64,000 nt of DNA. Source: Eledone cirrhosa (taxonomy: Eukaryota). Positions 1 to 15,218 of the stretch are shown here, in pieces (within the stretch, counting starts at the first letter, position 1; each line of letters starts with the position of its first letter). Under the pieces are notes generated by a model. The model had not been told where the DNA came from, searched no databases, and worked only from the letters and a program-made list of their open reading frames with translations. A program made the position numbers and the translations under genes. The stretch is taken from the NCBI GenBank assembly GCA_964016885.1, contig OZ024743.1:149234001-149298000 (forward strand). The letters run 5' to 3'.

Positions 1-1454
1 AGTAAATATAGAGTAATGAAGTGCTAAAGTGTAAATTAGTATTTCATTTCATTCCATAGTTGAACTTGTTAAAAGTATAACATTTGAACTTCTTCCCCAA
101 TGTAAAGATTTTTTCCTCCATTGTCACATATTTAAGCTTGTTTATAACATATCACTTGAACATATATCATAACAAGCAGAATAATATTTTATTTTCTGAG
201 TTCAAATCCTTCCAATGTTAGCTTTGCCTTTCATCTTTACAGAGTCGATGAAATAAAGCACCAGCAACTTTAATCACCAAAAAATTGTTAGCCTTGTGCC
301 TAAATCAGAAACCATTATTATCATTAAAAATTGGTAAACTATGCAAATACGTAAATACGTAAATATATATGAATAACCAACTTTTACTGTGACTTAATAA
401 ATCCTGACAGAGTCAACTTTGCCTTTCATACTTTCCGGGGTTGCTAAAATAAAATACCAGTCAAGTACTGATTTTACTGACCTGTCAACTCTCCCCATCC
501 GATGGGAAGATCTCCTACTCACTTTGGGGTGGGTGAGAGATGTCTTCTCTTGTGAAAATGGGTATAGCTTTCATTATGTAAAATCTCCCCATTTTGGCTC
601 ATTTCTCCCTGTTTTGGGGCACTTTTATTCATAGTACACCCCATTTGGGATTTTAGAGGTTGGCAGGTCTGAGGATGATATAATTGATTTTCTCTTCTCC
701 CAAAATTGCTGGCCTTGTGCATAAATTAGAAATAATAATCATCATCATCATCATCACCATTTAATGTCCATTTTTCTATTCTTGCAGGGGTCAGACGGGT
801 CGTCCACGTTGACAGACAAGTCTGGCGAGGATTGGCCACACTGTACCTTGTTCTAATGGGACTGTACATTTGGCCAGGGTTTTTACAGCTGGATGCCCTT
901 CCTAAAACCAACCACATTTACAGTGTGGGACCAATGCATTGGAATATTCAGTTAAAAAGCTTTAAGTTTTGAGTTCCAATCCCATTTAGGTCAACTGTTC
1001 TTTTCATCCTTTCAGCATTAATAAAATAAATACCAGTTATATACTAGAGTTGATTTAATTTTGTGGCCTCCTGCCTAATATTATTATCCTTAATATTGCT
1101 GTCATTGTCATCATCATTATCATCATCTATTTTACATTATCACCTTAAGAAATATAACATATAAACATAACATATAAATAACTATAACAATAACAACAAA
1201 ACATTATTATTACTATAAAATGTTCAGTTGTTTTAATATAAAAAAAATTGAACTTATAAATATATAAATAAATAAATAGATAATAGATAATTATATAAAT
1301 ATATAAAAAAATAAATATAAAAATAGATAATTATATAAATATATAAATAAATGCTTAATAGTAAAAATGAAAAAAAAAAAAAGTAAAATTACACTTAATG
1401 GGGATAATTTCCTTTCTGTTGTGTCTTAGATTTTTTTTGTTTAGTTGGAATCCT

Positions 1455-1678
1455 CCTCCACCTCCTTCTCATCATTATCATCACCATCATCATCATCATC
1501 TCCTTCATCAACTTCTTCACCATCATCATCATCAACTTTTTTATCATCTTCTTCATCATTATCATTATCATCATCATCGTCATCATCATCACCATCATCA
1601 TCACCACTACCATCATCACCACCACCATTCTTCATCAACTTCTTCACCACCATCATCATCAACTTTTTTATCATCTTC

Positions 1679-1715
<37 letters not shown>

Positions 1716-1719
1716 CTAC

Positions 1720-1757
<38 letters not shown>

Positions 1758-2952
1758 CCATCACCACCACCATCATCACCCTCATCACCATCATCATCAT
1801 CACCACTACCATTATCACCACCACCATCATCACCATCACCACCACCATCATCACCATCATCACCACCATCATCACCATCATCACCACCATCATCATCATC
1901 CTAATCATCCTCATCATCATCATCATCATCATCATCATTTTCATCATCACCATTGTCAGCATCATCTTCAACATAACAACCACTACCACCATCCTCACCC
2001 ACTTTGAATTTTTTGCAATCACATTATCTTTATCTTTTATATCATCATCATCATCACCATCTTTGTCATTGTCATCATTGTTAACCATCTACACGACCAC
2101 CATTACCATTCCCATCATCATCATCATTATTCTCGTCACCACCACCACCACCACCACCATCATCATTATTCTCGTCACCACCACCATCATCATTATTCTC
2201 ATCACCACCATTATCATTATCATCATTATCACAACGACCACCACCATCATCATTATTCTCATCACCACCACCATCATCATTATTCTCGTCACCACCACCA
2301 TCATCATTATTCTCGTCACCACCACCATCATCATTATTCTCATCACCACCATTATCATTATCATCATTATCACAACGACCACCACCATCATCATTATTCT
2401 CGTCACCACCACCATCATCATTATTCTCGTCACCACCACCACCACCATCATCATTATTCTCATCACCACCACCACCACCACCATCATCATTATTCTCATC
2501 ACCACCACCACCATCATCATTATCCTCATCACCACCACCACCACCATCATCATCATTATCATTATTCTCGTCACCACCAGCACCACCACCACCACCACCA
2601 CCATTATCATTATCATTATTCTCGTCACCACCAGCACCACCACCACCACCACCATCATCATTATCATTATTCTCGTCACCACCAGCACCACCACCACCAC
2701 CACCATCATCACCATTATCATTATCCTTGTCACCACCACCACCACCACCACCACCATTATCAACATCATCATCATGATCATCATGATCATCATCATCATT
2801 GTCCTCATCATCTTCATCTCCACCATCACCCCCCCATCATCATCAATATCCTTGTCACCACCACCACCACCACCACCACCACCACCATCATCATCATCAT
2901 CGTCATCTCCATCTCCACCATCACCTCCCCCCATCATCATCAATATCCTCGT

Positions 2953-2997
<45 letters not shown>

Positions 2998-3047
2998 CAT
3001 CATCTCCATCTCCACCATCACCCCCCCATCATCATCAATATCCTCGT

Positions 3048-3079
<32 letters not shown>

Positions 3080-3105
3080 TCACTATCCTCAACATCATGA
3101 TCACT
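1455..3105. repeat. Compound (CAT/CAC)n microsatellite with a higher-order minisatellite
   Basis: Trinucleotide low-complexity sequence. A recurring unit accaccaccatcatcattattctc(g/a)tc spans ~2110-2730. Confidence 0.95.
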
Positions 3106-3652
3106 ATTATATGCTGGTGTTAGTGCTGCTGATGTTTTTATATTTATATATATTTTCAGATATATCATGCAGCTGCCTCAGTTACTGTCATTGCTGATAC
3201 TGCTGCACTCTGTATTGCTGGAGTTGTTGTTGCTGCTTCTTTTTGCTGCTGCGGTCTTTTATGTTATTATTGATGCTAATGGTGATGATGATGGTGACAG
3301 CAATGGTGATTTGCCATGTTGTTTTCTATGAAACAGTTTCGATAATGGATTGCTTTTTGCACCAAACACTGTTTTGCCTCCTGAGTGCATTCATTTGTCT
3401 CTTAATTAATCTACAACTGTAATTGAAAGTTATTTGCCACCTGGCTGTGACCCTACAAACTACTCTTGTACAGAAGAGACAGTGGGGAGGAAGTAGTATG
3501 GTTGTTGTTGTTGTCTTTGCTATTACTATAGTTTTTGTTGTGGTTGTCATTGTTATTTTAGTTGTTTTAGTCTGCTTTTTTTCCATATTGCTGTTTTTTT
3601 AAAGTTATTAAGTGTCATCTTGTTAACTTTGATGTTCTTGTTGTTGTTACTA

Positions 3653-3696
<44 letters not shown>

Positions 3697-3709
3697 ACCA
3701 CTGCTGCTG

Positions 3710-3750
<41 letters not shown>

Positions 3751-5576
3751 GGTGTAGTGGTATTTGTTGTGATTCTGGGTGTGTGTCTTTTGCTATTAAT
3801 GTTGTTGTTGCCATTAAAGTAATTCTTTCAATTTTTACCATTATTTCCTCAGTAATGTGTTTTTTTCTTGACTTTTCTATTATTCACAATGTTGTGACTT
3901 TGATTTGTTGTTACTGTTGTTCAGCCTGAGGTCAACCCTGATCAAACACACATATAGTGAAAGGCATTCAAACCAGGACCACCCTGTCTTTTTAAGGGTG
4001 TGTAGCACTGTATAATCCAATGTGTTATTTCCTTATTTAAGTTGATAGTGTGTTATTTGAGTAAAATTTGGTCACTATTTCTTACAGAAGGAGTGACCTC
4101 ATACAAACCTCTACATTGACTCATTTGTGCCCATTATTGAGTAAGGTAAAGATGTTTTAGTAGTTTAGTTCTGTAATTGAGAAAAATAATGATCAAAGGC
4201 ATTGCAGTCATGATCATTCAATCTTTTTGTATACCTATGAATACATTAACCAGTATCTCCTCTTTCCTTTAGTGAGGTAGGGTGTGATTCAAAGGAATTT
4301 AGCTGTTGTTTCTATTAGCAATTTGAAACTCTTTGCTTGAACAGAATTTTGACAAATGTAACATTTTAGAAATAAAATAGCATATCCAGCATATCAAATG
4401 TTATTTGCTTAAATCTGATCTTTATCTATCTAAAGGCAGTTAATAGAAATTGTTATGCTGCATTTAGTTTTTAGGTTAATTTTTTATTATCAACTGACCA
4501 GGTGGTATGAGCAATAACCATGACGCTCTTCAGAGCTTCAAGAAGATATTCTCAAACTAGAGATCTGGCACAAATACTTGCAACAAAGTGAATTTCAATA
4601 AAGGAACCCATGTAGGCCACAGCAGGATTTTGATTCAGAATGCAAAGATCCAGAAGAAATATTGCAAAGTCTCACATTCAAGACTAGTAGTCTACCACCC
4701 TAGAATGCTACTTCATTTTATGTACCCCAGAAGGACGAAAAGCAAAGTTGATTTTGACAGTATTGGAACTCAGAACATAAGGTGCTAGAATAATAGTTTA
4801 AAGCATTTTATCCAATGCACAAATACTTCTGCTAATTTATTGTCTAATTATGTGGAATATGATGATTGCCATAGACTAGAGACAAATTTGCAAGATACTT
4901 CAGACATTTCTTTTATGTGACTAATGTTCTTTATGCTAAAATCATATGTGTTAAAACCTACAAATTTGGCAATAATCAAATGGCATGGAGCGAAAAGAAA
5001 GCTACCCATTTAAGATTATTTTGCTAAGATAAAACAAAATAAAAATTACCACTAGAAACTTCCCCATAGATCAGAATATTCAACTTTAACGATTTTATTA
5101 TGCAGAGCAAGGTGAGGCAATCTACATCCTGCAGGTAAGATCCAGTTCACAAATGTATTTTGACTAGGATATGACTAAATATTGGGGTATCATACTTATT
5201 TGGCTTGTGAATAATTTTTCCGCGTTCTAAGTGTATGGGGTATGAGTAGTATTTTGTACTTTGAATCATTTTCCAAAACACTGTCATATACACATTTCAG
5301 GAAGTAGAACCACTTTATAAGTATATATTAGTTACTCTCTGTGTATGAATGCCTTTTCATGTGATATTTAAATGTCTAATAAGATGTCTAATCTTGTGAG
5401 GTATGTATTTTCTCTACTCTGGCCAAGAGATACAAAAGGAGGTTAACATATTCAGTAAAGTAGCTGAAATTATTTGGGGATCAAGTAGGGTATTCATAAT
5501 TGAACCTTAAGAAGCATGTAATATTTTTTTATGAATCTCATGAGACAGAAAGAGAGAGTGTATTATATTAATAAAC

Positions 5577-5768
5577 GGGGCGGTGGATTGGCAGTATCGG
5601 TAGAGGGTCGGATGCCATGCTTTCCAGCATAGTTACGTCCCTTTACGATCTGAGTTCAAATCCTGCCGAGGTTGACTTTGCCTTTCATCCTTACGGGGTC
5701 GATAAAATAAAGTACCAGTAATGCACTGGGTAATTGCTGGCTTTGTGCCTAAAGTAGAAACAATTATA
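5577..5768 (+). mobile_element. tRNA-derived SINE family A (representative copy)
   Basis: A-box-like tggcagtatcgg, B-box gagttcaaatcc, conserved central gcctttcatccttacggggtcgataaaataaagtaccag and a (TTA)n tail. Other plus copies: ~36681-36868, 36895-37110, 38286-38478, 44067-44250, 56385-56555. Fragments: ~193-310, 400-490, 965-1080, 57603-57685, 58843-58935. Confidence 0.9.
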
Positions 5769-7942
5769 TTAATAAACATTTAGTAAAACTAAAATGTAAT
5801 TCCTTTAATCTTTTCAATACTAAAGTTATAAACCTTATGAGAGTTAAATCCCAGTTTTATTACTATATTTGTCTAGCATAAGTACCCTATCAGAAGATTT
5901 TTCATGGAACATATAACTACATCTAATTTCTGGTTGTCTGTGATGAGAAAAGTGTGCCAGGCCCTAATCGTCATTTGGAATATAGGACACAGTTCACTAA
6001 TCTATCATGAAAACTATTTGTGATACTCTATGGTAATATATTTGAATCCACTGATCTTATCTCAAAAATCAATCTATTGTCACACCTTTTTCTCTTATTT
6101 ACACAAAAAAAATGTTCACAGCTTAAATAAAGATGAAAGGACAATGACCATATTTCTTTTACAGGTTCTCAGAGACTGATGGGAAAATGCAAGATCAGAG
6201 ATCTTGTTTGAATGCTTGCAAAAGAGAGGTTTCTATTAAGGTCAAGTTAAATCAGATAACAAATTACTGATTACATCTACCATTCAATTGTTCACATAAT
6301 AATGTTTTCTTTGGACACTGAACCTATAGATGCTTGAACTAAACATTAACTACATTGATCTCACAAAACAGAAAAGCCATCTTCAAAGGTCATGTGAACT
6401 TGTAGTAGTTGATTATGGTACTAAACACAAGGCCATAACAATTGATAGGAATGCAGGGATGGGGTGGAATAGTGAATTTGGTGACTCCAATACTTGAACA
6501 ATCTGTATAGGGCAACAAAGTAGCTTCTATATGGCTGATCTAGCTGCGAGAAATAGTCACTAAATCTCTTTACCAGCTTAATCCTTGAAGGACATATTGA
6601 ATGTTATCTCAGATATGCTGTGCCATGGAAAAAAGATGTGACTATCACAGCTGGAATGCTTTTCATCAGTAATCTGTTCAATCAGGTCTGGCCTGGAGCT
6701 AAACAGCAACAATAACAGCAACTGTTCTACTAAAACGGAATCTACCAAAATAAAATTATTATATACATATATGAATGATTGCTTTTTTGTTCATGTACAC
6801 ATTATAAAATCAATTTTAAAACAGAACTAATAAAATAGAACAATATGTGTATGTATATGTGTGTGTGTGCACACGTGTGGGTGTATGTGCATGTGTGTGT
6901 AGAAGTAGTTTATATTTTTATTGTGCTCTATTGTCATGGAACTTTATATTTTTGTAACGCTATGTAACAATCAATATACACACACATAATACATACACAC
7001 ACATAATACATACACACATGGCAGAATTTGAACTCAGAGCACAAATAGCTGGAACAAATTCTGCAAAGCATTCTATCTGATGTTCTAATATCTCTGTCAA
7101 CTCATCACCTACACACACACACATATACATACATACATATATATATATATGTTATATATATACCTCTGTTTGTTGTCTCCTTGAACTATATATACATATG
7201 TATATATATGTATATGCAAATACATACATATATATATATATATACACACATACATACACACATATGTGTACATTTATATGTACATCTATGAAAGTGTGTG
7301 TGTGCCTGAATATGTTGAGATTAGAAAGGGAGACAGAGAGAGAGGGGGTGGGGGGTTACAAAAACTTTAAAACTTGGTTCATGATTTGTTCAGATATAAG
7401 ACAGACTATTCAATGAAATTTTCAAATACAAAAAGATAAAAATTATTTAAATAAATAAATGTACTTTGAAAAATAAAATAATAAACTGAATTGAAACAAT
7501 AAATAAAAGATAAAGTATTTATTTCCTCTTTTTCCTTTTTTATCTCTGAACACTAACACTAACACTAACAGCATGTCTTTAAATGATATCATGGGTGTTA
7601 TTAAAGACTCATTGTCATGTGATTGATCTTGAGATAAACATATCCGTCACACTGCGGTGATATCACTATGTGATAAATAGTGAACATGTCAATAAGAACA
7701 ACAATGAGAACAATGTTTTCTCCTTTATTGTTTGTGTTATATTCGTATAAATTTGTAATTGTGTAACTATAACCAAATGAATAGGACACAGTACATGACT
7801 CTTACCTTTTCATTGTTGTTATTTAGTCACAGTTCATGCCCCATGATCCAGCTAGCAGACCGATGATCAAAGGTATCCCAGCCATGACCATACTGTCTTG
7901 ATTCTTTTTCTTTTGTTTATTTTTCAGACATAATAATAATCA

Positions 7943-8180
7943 TTGTTTCTACTTTAGGCACAAGGCCAGCAATTTGAAAGGGAGGGGAAAGTCGATTAAA
8001 TTGACCCCAGTACGTGACGGGTACTATATTTTATCGACCCCAAAAGGATGAAAAACAAAGCTAACCTCAGCAGGATTTGAACTCAGACAGCAAAGGGCCG
8101 TAACTCTCTGCTGCAAAGCATGATCTTTGATGCTCTAATGATATTGCCAATCCACTGACATTCTATCGATACTGCCAATA
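7943..8180 (-). mobile_element. SINE family A, minus-strand copy (representative)
   Basis: Reverse complement of the family consensus. Other minus copies: ~9815-10000, 10030-10250, 12860-13048, 15008-15183, 20705-20895, 23550-23735, 27290-27468, 40068-40256, 40270-40366, 40798-40980, 41100-41260. Confidence 0.88.
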
Positions 8181-8200
8181 ATAATAACAATAATAATAAT

Positions 8201-9810
8201 CTGTACAGGAGTTAGACCCAGAAGGTGCCTCTAAATATCTTGGCATAAACCAAGGTGATGGAATGAAACATAATCAAATGAAAGAGAAAATATGGAAAGA
8301 ATATTACAGAAGAGTAAGGATAATCCTGAAAACTGAACTAAATTCTAAAACCTGTTTCCAGCTCTACAACTTAGCTCTACCCGTTGTACGATACAGTTAT
8401 AACATCATCGATTGGAACTTATCTGATCTTCAAAGAATGGATTCCAAAACTCGAAAACTCCTTACATCTGACAAAATACATCACCCCATGGCAGACGTAG
8501 ATCACCTACATTTGCCAATCAAACTAGAACTGTCATACAAAATAGCTATGATAGGCTTACAAATGTATCTAAAAACACCTCTGACTGGATGATGGTATTA
8601 TTAAGAGAACATCAAAACAAAAAGAAACTCCATTCAAAAGAAGCAAGAAAGTACAAAGAACTAAAATCTGAAGACATACACCTAAATAATGAAGTTGACC
8701 TAATTCCAACTAAAGCAGTAAAAATCCACAGAAGCAAGCCAAAGCTAGAAGGTCTAAAAACATTTGGAGAAAGATAGCAACAGAAACCTCTGAATGGCCA
8801 ATTCCCACTACACATCCAAGCTGCTGATGTAGATCAGGCCCAAAGCCATCAGTGGCTATGAAGCTCGAGATTAATGGCTGAAACAGAAGGCTTTATTTTT
8901 GCAGCCCAGTACTAGGAATTATCAGGCAAATATTCTCAGAAATAGAGCAAACCCCAAATGCAGGCAGGATATGTGACACCCAGCATGAAACAACAGACCA
9001 TATAATATCAGGACACTCCACACTAGCACCAACTGTAAATAAGATCAGACATGATAGGGTGGGGCAATACATCCACTGGATAATATGCCAAAAATACAAG
9101 AAGAACATGCAGAAAACTGGTATGAACACAAACTACAAACAATAACACAAACTGAAGGCATAAGAATCCTTTGAAACTTTACCATTCACACAGATTGAAT
9201 TATTCAAACCACCCTGATATTATTATTAACGATTTTATAACAAGACATGCTTACTCATTGACATGACTGTACCATTTGATAGAAATATGTTAGTAAACGA
9301 GTATGAAAAACTTGCAACATGTAAAGATATATAAATTGAGATAAACAGAATGTGACACCTCAAAACAGAAACTATTCCGGTAGTGATAGGAGCTTTAGGT
9401 GTCATAAAGAAAGGTGTTCAAAATTTCGAAAGCATACCTATCAAATCCAAAAAATAGTTCTAACAAGTACCGCCCACATACTTCGTGAATTTTTGTCTTT
9501 GTAAAGTATATCAACACAATCTTTTCTGTTTAATTTTTACAGTAAATTTAACTGATATTTAATACCATTCAAATATCCTTAATGCAAAATTAATTCATAT
9601 CTTCTATACTCCTTAATACTACTTTTTTCTCCCCGTTTTTTTTTTTTAAACATATTGACTTATCAACTTTAGTGATGTGACTTGTTAAATGAATGTGATG
9701 AGGGAACAATATAGAAAGAAAAAACTATCAAAAACTGTTAAAACCAACAATGCCTGCTCTAAGTTTCTGGGTGATATAAAGCAAAATCAAAGGAAAATAT
9801 AGGAATGATA
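8201..9810 (+). mobile_element. Decayed R4/Dong-like RLE non-LTR retrotransposon, 3' part
   Basis: KYLG, KEYYRRVRIILKTELN, HHPMADVDHL, RHDRVGQYIHW and C-terminal PVVIGALG motifs broken by stops and frameshifts; bordered by (TAA)n. Confidence 0.85.
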
Positions 9811-10247
9811 ATAATTGTTTCTACTTTTGGCACAAGGCGAGCAATTATCCCAGTGTATTACTGGTGCTTTATTTCATCGACCCCGTAAGGATGAAAGGCA
9901 AAGTTAACCTCGGTGGGATTTGAACTCCGACCATAAAGGGACGTAACTCTTTGCTGCAAAGCATAGCATCTGACCCTCTACCAATACTGCCAATCCCCCG
10001 TTAGTAATGATAACATAGTAATGATAATAATGGTTTCTAGTATAGGCACAAGGCCATTAATTTGGGGGGAGGGGAAAGTCAATTAAATCGACCCTAGTGC
10101 GTTACTGGTGCTTTATTTTATTGATCCTGTAAGGATGAAAGGCAAAGTTAACCTCAGCGGGATTTGAACTCAGAATGTAAAGGGCCATAACTCTATGATG
10201 CAAAGCATGTTGTCTGATGCTCTATGGATGCTGCCAATCCGCCGCCC

Positions 10248-10290
<43 letters not shown>

Positions 10291-12845
10291 GTAGGGAAGA
10301 AAAAAATAATTATTGAAGACCATAGAAGAAGTTGATAACTTCTGCAGTAAGATTTGGAGTGATGAGAAGACATATAATGCTAATGTAGATTAGATTAGTC
10401 ATCTGGAAAAATCCTACACAAATTTAGAAGAACAGGCGTGGGAAGACATCTCTATAGACGACTTAAGGACAGCACTCAATAAATCTCATGAATGGAAATC
10501 TTCTGGTAGACACAGGGTGCCAAATTTCTGGCTTTCCTCACTCCCGTGCAATCACAATATATTGGTCAAGCTGTTTAATGGAATTAGGAAAGATAAAAAA
10601 AAATACACCTGATTGGATAGCAAGTGGCATTGCCTACCTTCTACCAAAGAACAACGAAACAAAAGATCCAAAAAACTATCGGCCCATAACATGCTTGTCC
10701 ACCACTTATAAACTATTAACCTCTATTCTCATGGAAAAAGCATAAGTGTTTTTGGAGGAGAACAACCTTTTCCCCATTGAACAAAAAGGGTGCCGACGAG
10801 GTTCATATGGTTGCAAAGATCAACTTTTGATTAATCGCATGATCCTTGATAACTAAACCCAGAAATCTCAGTTCTGCATCGATCGATTATTAAAAAGCCT
10901 TTGACAGCATACCACACTCATGGATTCTGAGATCACTGGGCATCTTCAAAATCTCACCTGTGATCTCAAACTTCCTGAAACACAATATGTCATTATGGAA
11001 CACAAATCTCCAATTGTCTCATTCCACTGGGGTACTGTGCTCTAGGAATATAAACATCAACTGTGGTATATTCCAGGGTGACTCACTTTCACCCTTGCTT
11101 TTCTGCATAGCTTTAATACCCTTTACATCCGAACTTAATAGAACAGGGTACGGTTATTGCAAAGATAATGACAAACTGGAAGGCCTTTTGCTGACAGTAA
11201 AAACGTTTAGCGATGACATCAGGATGGAGTTTGGACTTGACAAGTGTGCAAAAGCCACTTTCAAGAAGGGAAAGCTTGTCAACTCAGACTCAGTTGAATT
11301 GGATGCTGAAACAATCATAAAGGAACTTGAGCAGGAACGAACAAAGCTATAAATACTTAGGGATTAATGAGGGCTCTGGCATACAGCATGCAAGTATGAA
11401 AGAGAGGATAAGGAAAGAATGTTACAGGAGAGTACATGCTGTTCTGAGATCAGAACTAAATGCTCATAACAAGGTGCTAGCCATAAATTCCTTGGCAGTC
11501 CCAGTTGTGACTTATAGCTTCGGTGTGTTGAACTGGAATATGAGTGAAATCAAAAGAATCAACACCAAAGTCCGTAAGCTACTGACCTGTAATAGGATGC
11601 ACCACCCAAAAGCAGATGTGGATCGTCTTTACCTTCCTAGAACTCAAGGAGGCCGTGGCCTGATCCAATTTGAACTTGCTTACAAGACCACCATTATTGG
11701 ACTGGCCAAATACCTTGAAACAACTAACGACTGTATGCTGAAACTTGTTGAAAAGCATAAGAGAAGTAAGAAGCTTCATTCTATCTTGAAGGAGAGCAAA
11801 ACATATGCTACTGATCTCATGCTTGATACCCAGGATGGACAGACTAAAGAAACTGTTGCAACTGATGCTGCTAGGCACATAAAATCACTGGCAAAAGCAA
11901 AAGGACAAGGACAATTAGCATCAAATTGGGAGCAGAAACCTCTGCATGGCAAATATGAGGCCCGTAGCAAACAAGCTAATGTTGACCAAAAGCACATCCA
12001 TCAGTGGCTACATAGTTCAGGGCTAAAGGCGGAGAGTGAAGTCTTCATCTTAGTTGCCCAAGATCAAAGCTTATTGACTCGTAATTACCAGGCCAATGTG
12101 ATAAGAAACGGAATAAACCCAAAGTGCCGATTCTGCAATGCTGAGGTTGAAACAGTGGATCACTTAGTCTCTGGATGTAAAGTTTTAGCACCAGTAGAAT
12201 ACAAATATAGACATGACAGAGTTGGTCAATATCTACACTGGGTAATATGTAGGCATTATAAAATCAAAGCTGCTGATAAGTGGTACAATCATCACCCTCA
12301 GGCTGTAACTGAAGGATAAAACGTAACAATTCTCTGGGACTTTCCTGTACAGGACCATAAAAGCAAATAGACTTGACATCATTGTAAAAGATCAACATAA
12401 CAAGGTCTGTTTATCGATAGATATGAGCATCCCATGTGATCACAATATTGCGGCAAAAGAATTTGACAAGCTACAAAAATATAAAGATCTGCTTACTGAA
12501 ATTGAGAAAATGTGGCACATCAAGGCCGTTACAATACCAGTGATTGTTGGAAGACTGGGAATGATCAAGAAAGGAGCAGAACAATATTTGCGAATGATTC
12601 CTGGTTTACCCTCTCTGCACGAGGTGCAAAATATTGTTTGACTGGTACTGCACATGTATTGAGAAGAGCACTATCTCTGTAAGATTGATATCCCTCCTTG
12701 TATTTACATATGCATATGCACATGTGTATATATGTATACTGTTTTTTTTTCTTTTTTTAATTATAATCAATGTTCTGTATTAACTGGCTTACCAATGCAC
12801 ACTGAATTTATTTACCCTAGGTGTCAGGAAGACATATATCTCAGA
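10291..12845 (+). mobile_element. Decayed R4/Dong-like RLE non-LTR retrotransposon (RT + CCHC knuckle + restriction-like endonuclease)
   Basis: [54 protein letters not shown] and KYKDL..EI motifs across ORFs 10488-12641; begins directly after a long (TAA)n tract. Confidence 0.92.
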
Positions 12846-13086
12846 AACAATAATGATAATTGTTTCTACTTTAGGCACAAGGCCAGCAATTACCCAGTGC
12901 ATTACTGGTACTTTATTTTATCGACCCCGTAAGGATGAAAGGCAAAGTTAACCTCAGCGGGATTTGAAATCAGAACGTCAAAGGCCGTAACTCTATGCGT
13001 CAAATCATGGCGTCCGACTCTCAACCGATACTGCCAATCCACCGCCTTTAAATAATAATAAAAATAATAAGAATAATAATAAGAAA

Positions 13087-14985
13087 GAAGTCCCGTGGTA
13101 CAAAGGACCAGTTACTTATTGATAAAATGGTAATGAGGAATTGCAAGAGGAGACACACTGGTCTTGCCATGGGATGGATAGATTACAAAAAGGCATTCAA
13201 CATGGTACCTCATTCTTGGATAACCAAAAGCCTAGAGATCTTCAAAGTGGCAGATAACATCAGACAGTTGTTGAGCAAAAGTATGAAGTCCTGGGAAACA
13301 GAGTTAATATTGGGTGGAGAATCCTTGGGAGGCGTGAAGATCAAGAGAGGTATCTTGCAGGGAGATAGTTTGTCCCCTCTGCTGTTTTTCCTTGCCCTGA
13401 TACCCCTGACCGTTATATTGCGAAAAGTGAGTGCAGGATACAAGTTGGGAAAAGGAGAGCTTACCATCAACCACCTCCTCTTCATGGACAATCTTAAACT
13501 CTTTGGGAAGAGTGAGAAGGTGTTGGATGTACTTGCTGACACTGTTCATATTTTCAGCAATGATATATGTATGGAATTTGGTATTAATAAGTGTGGTATT
13601 AAATTGAGCAGAAGCAACGGAATCCAGGTACCAATGGGTGAGATGATAAAGGAAATTGACACTGAAGAGAGATACAAATATTTAGGTGTTCTGGAGGTAG
13701 ATGACATCAAGAACAAAAAAATGAAGGAATTGATAAGATCTGAGTACATAAGAAGAGTAAGGAGCGTATTAAAATCACATCTAAATAGTAGGAATGTCAT
13801 AAGTGCAGTGAATTCCAGAGCTGTGTCTATTATTAGGTACAGTGCAGGAATTCTGAAATGGAATGTTGCTTAACAAAAAGAAATGGATAGGAAGACTAGG
13901 AAGCTATTGACTCTCTACAACATGTTCCACAAGAGGAGTGATGTCGATAGACTCTACTTAAAGAGATCTGAAGGTGAAAGAGGTCTTATCAGCATAGAGG
14001 GCTGTGTTCAGATGGAGAAAAACAACCTGCACAAATGCGTGACTGACAGTAGGGAGCCAATGCTCAAAATTGTACTGAAGGAGAAGACAATAGACCAGGG
14101 GATGTCCAAGGAGGAAATAACATCAAGGAGGAAGAGCAACCTTCATGAAAAATCCCTTCATAGGACCTGCTTTAAGAAAACTGAATTTAGAGATCCACAG
14201 ACATGGAACTGGTTAAAAAGAGGAGACCTTAAAAAAGTTACAGAAGGAATTCTAATGGCTGCACACGAGCAAGCCCTCAGAATGAAGTGGGTGAAACACC
14301 ATATTTACAAGGAGGAGGCTAGCTCACTGTGTAGGATCTGTGGAGAGAGAGAGAGGAGACTGTGGCTCACATTGTTTCTGAGTGTAAACACCTAGCCCAG
14401 ACTCACTATAAAAGCTGGAGACATGATGTGATAGGCAGGGTGATCCACTGGCATCTATGCAAAGTAAATAATTTACCACATTCTGAGAAGGGGTATGAGC
14501 ATAAGCCAGAGTCGGTGATAGAAAACGATCAGGTGAAGGTGCTATGGGATTTTAGGATACAGACAGACAAGAAATTAGAACACAATAGGCCTGACTTGGT
14601 GGTTTTGGACAAGGAAAAATGATTGTGCCTGATTGTAGATGTAGCCTGCCCATTTGACACGAGAGTGCAAGAAAAGGAGAGGGAGAAAATTAACCGATAC
14701 CAGGACTTAAAGTGGGAGTTAAAAAGGTCTTTGAACTGCTATGAGATCAAGGTCATCCCAATTGTCATAGGTGCACTAGGTACTATCTCAAAGAGTTTCC
14801 AAGGATGGTTAAAGAAGATTAGTACAGCCTCGCCTTTTGGAACACTTCAAAAGGCATGCTTGCTGGGAACAGCAAGAACCCTCCTATACGTCCCGAATAT
14901 CTGAGGCTGCAGGTAACGGCTTGATATTCATGTCAACAAACTTTCCAGTTAAATAACATCAATGACTGAGACTCAAAGAACAATA
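13087..14985 (+). mobile_element. Decayed R4/Dong-like RLE LINE, second subfamily
   Basis: [59 protein letters not shown] and PIVIGALG motifs; flanked by (TAA)n. Confidence 0.92.
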
Positions 14986-15182
14986 ATCGTAATAATAATA
15001 ATAATAATTGTTTCTACTTTAGGCACAAGGCCATCAATTACCCAGTACATTACTGGTACTTTATTTTATCGACCCCGTGAGGATGAAAGGCAAAGTTAGC
15101 CTCAGCGGGATTTGAACTCAGACTGTAAAGGGACGTAACTATGCTAGAAAGCATGGCGTCCAACCCTCTACCGATACCGCCC

Positions 15183-15217
<35 letters not shown>

Positions 15218-15218
<1 letters not shown>

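Noticed and set aside
2110-2730. CRISPR-like regularly spaced repeats
   Set aside because: No unique spacers and no cas genes in a eukaryotic context; it is a minisatellite derived from trinucleotide repeats.
1395-3197. Long ORFs encoding poly-His/Ser/Ile/Thr/Met/Asp proteins (up to 551 aa)
   Set aside because: They are translations of CAT/CAC trinucleotide repeats, open in several frames on both strands, with no domain or splice evidence.
7572-7612. Short hairpin gtctttaa...ttaaagac in a unique island as a possible miRNA
   Set aside because: Too short and AT-rich for a pre-miRNA, and no recognised mature sequence.
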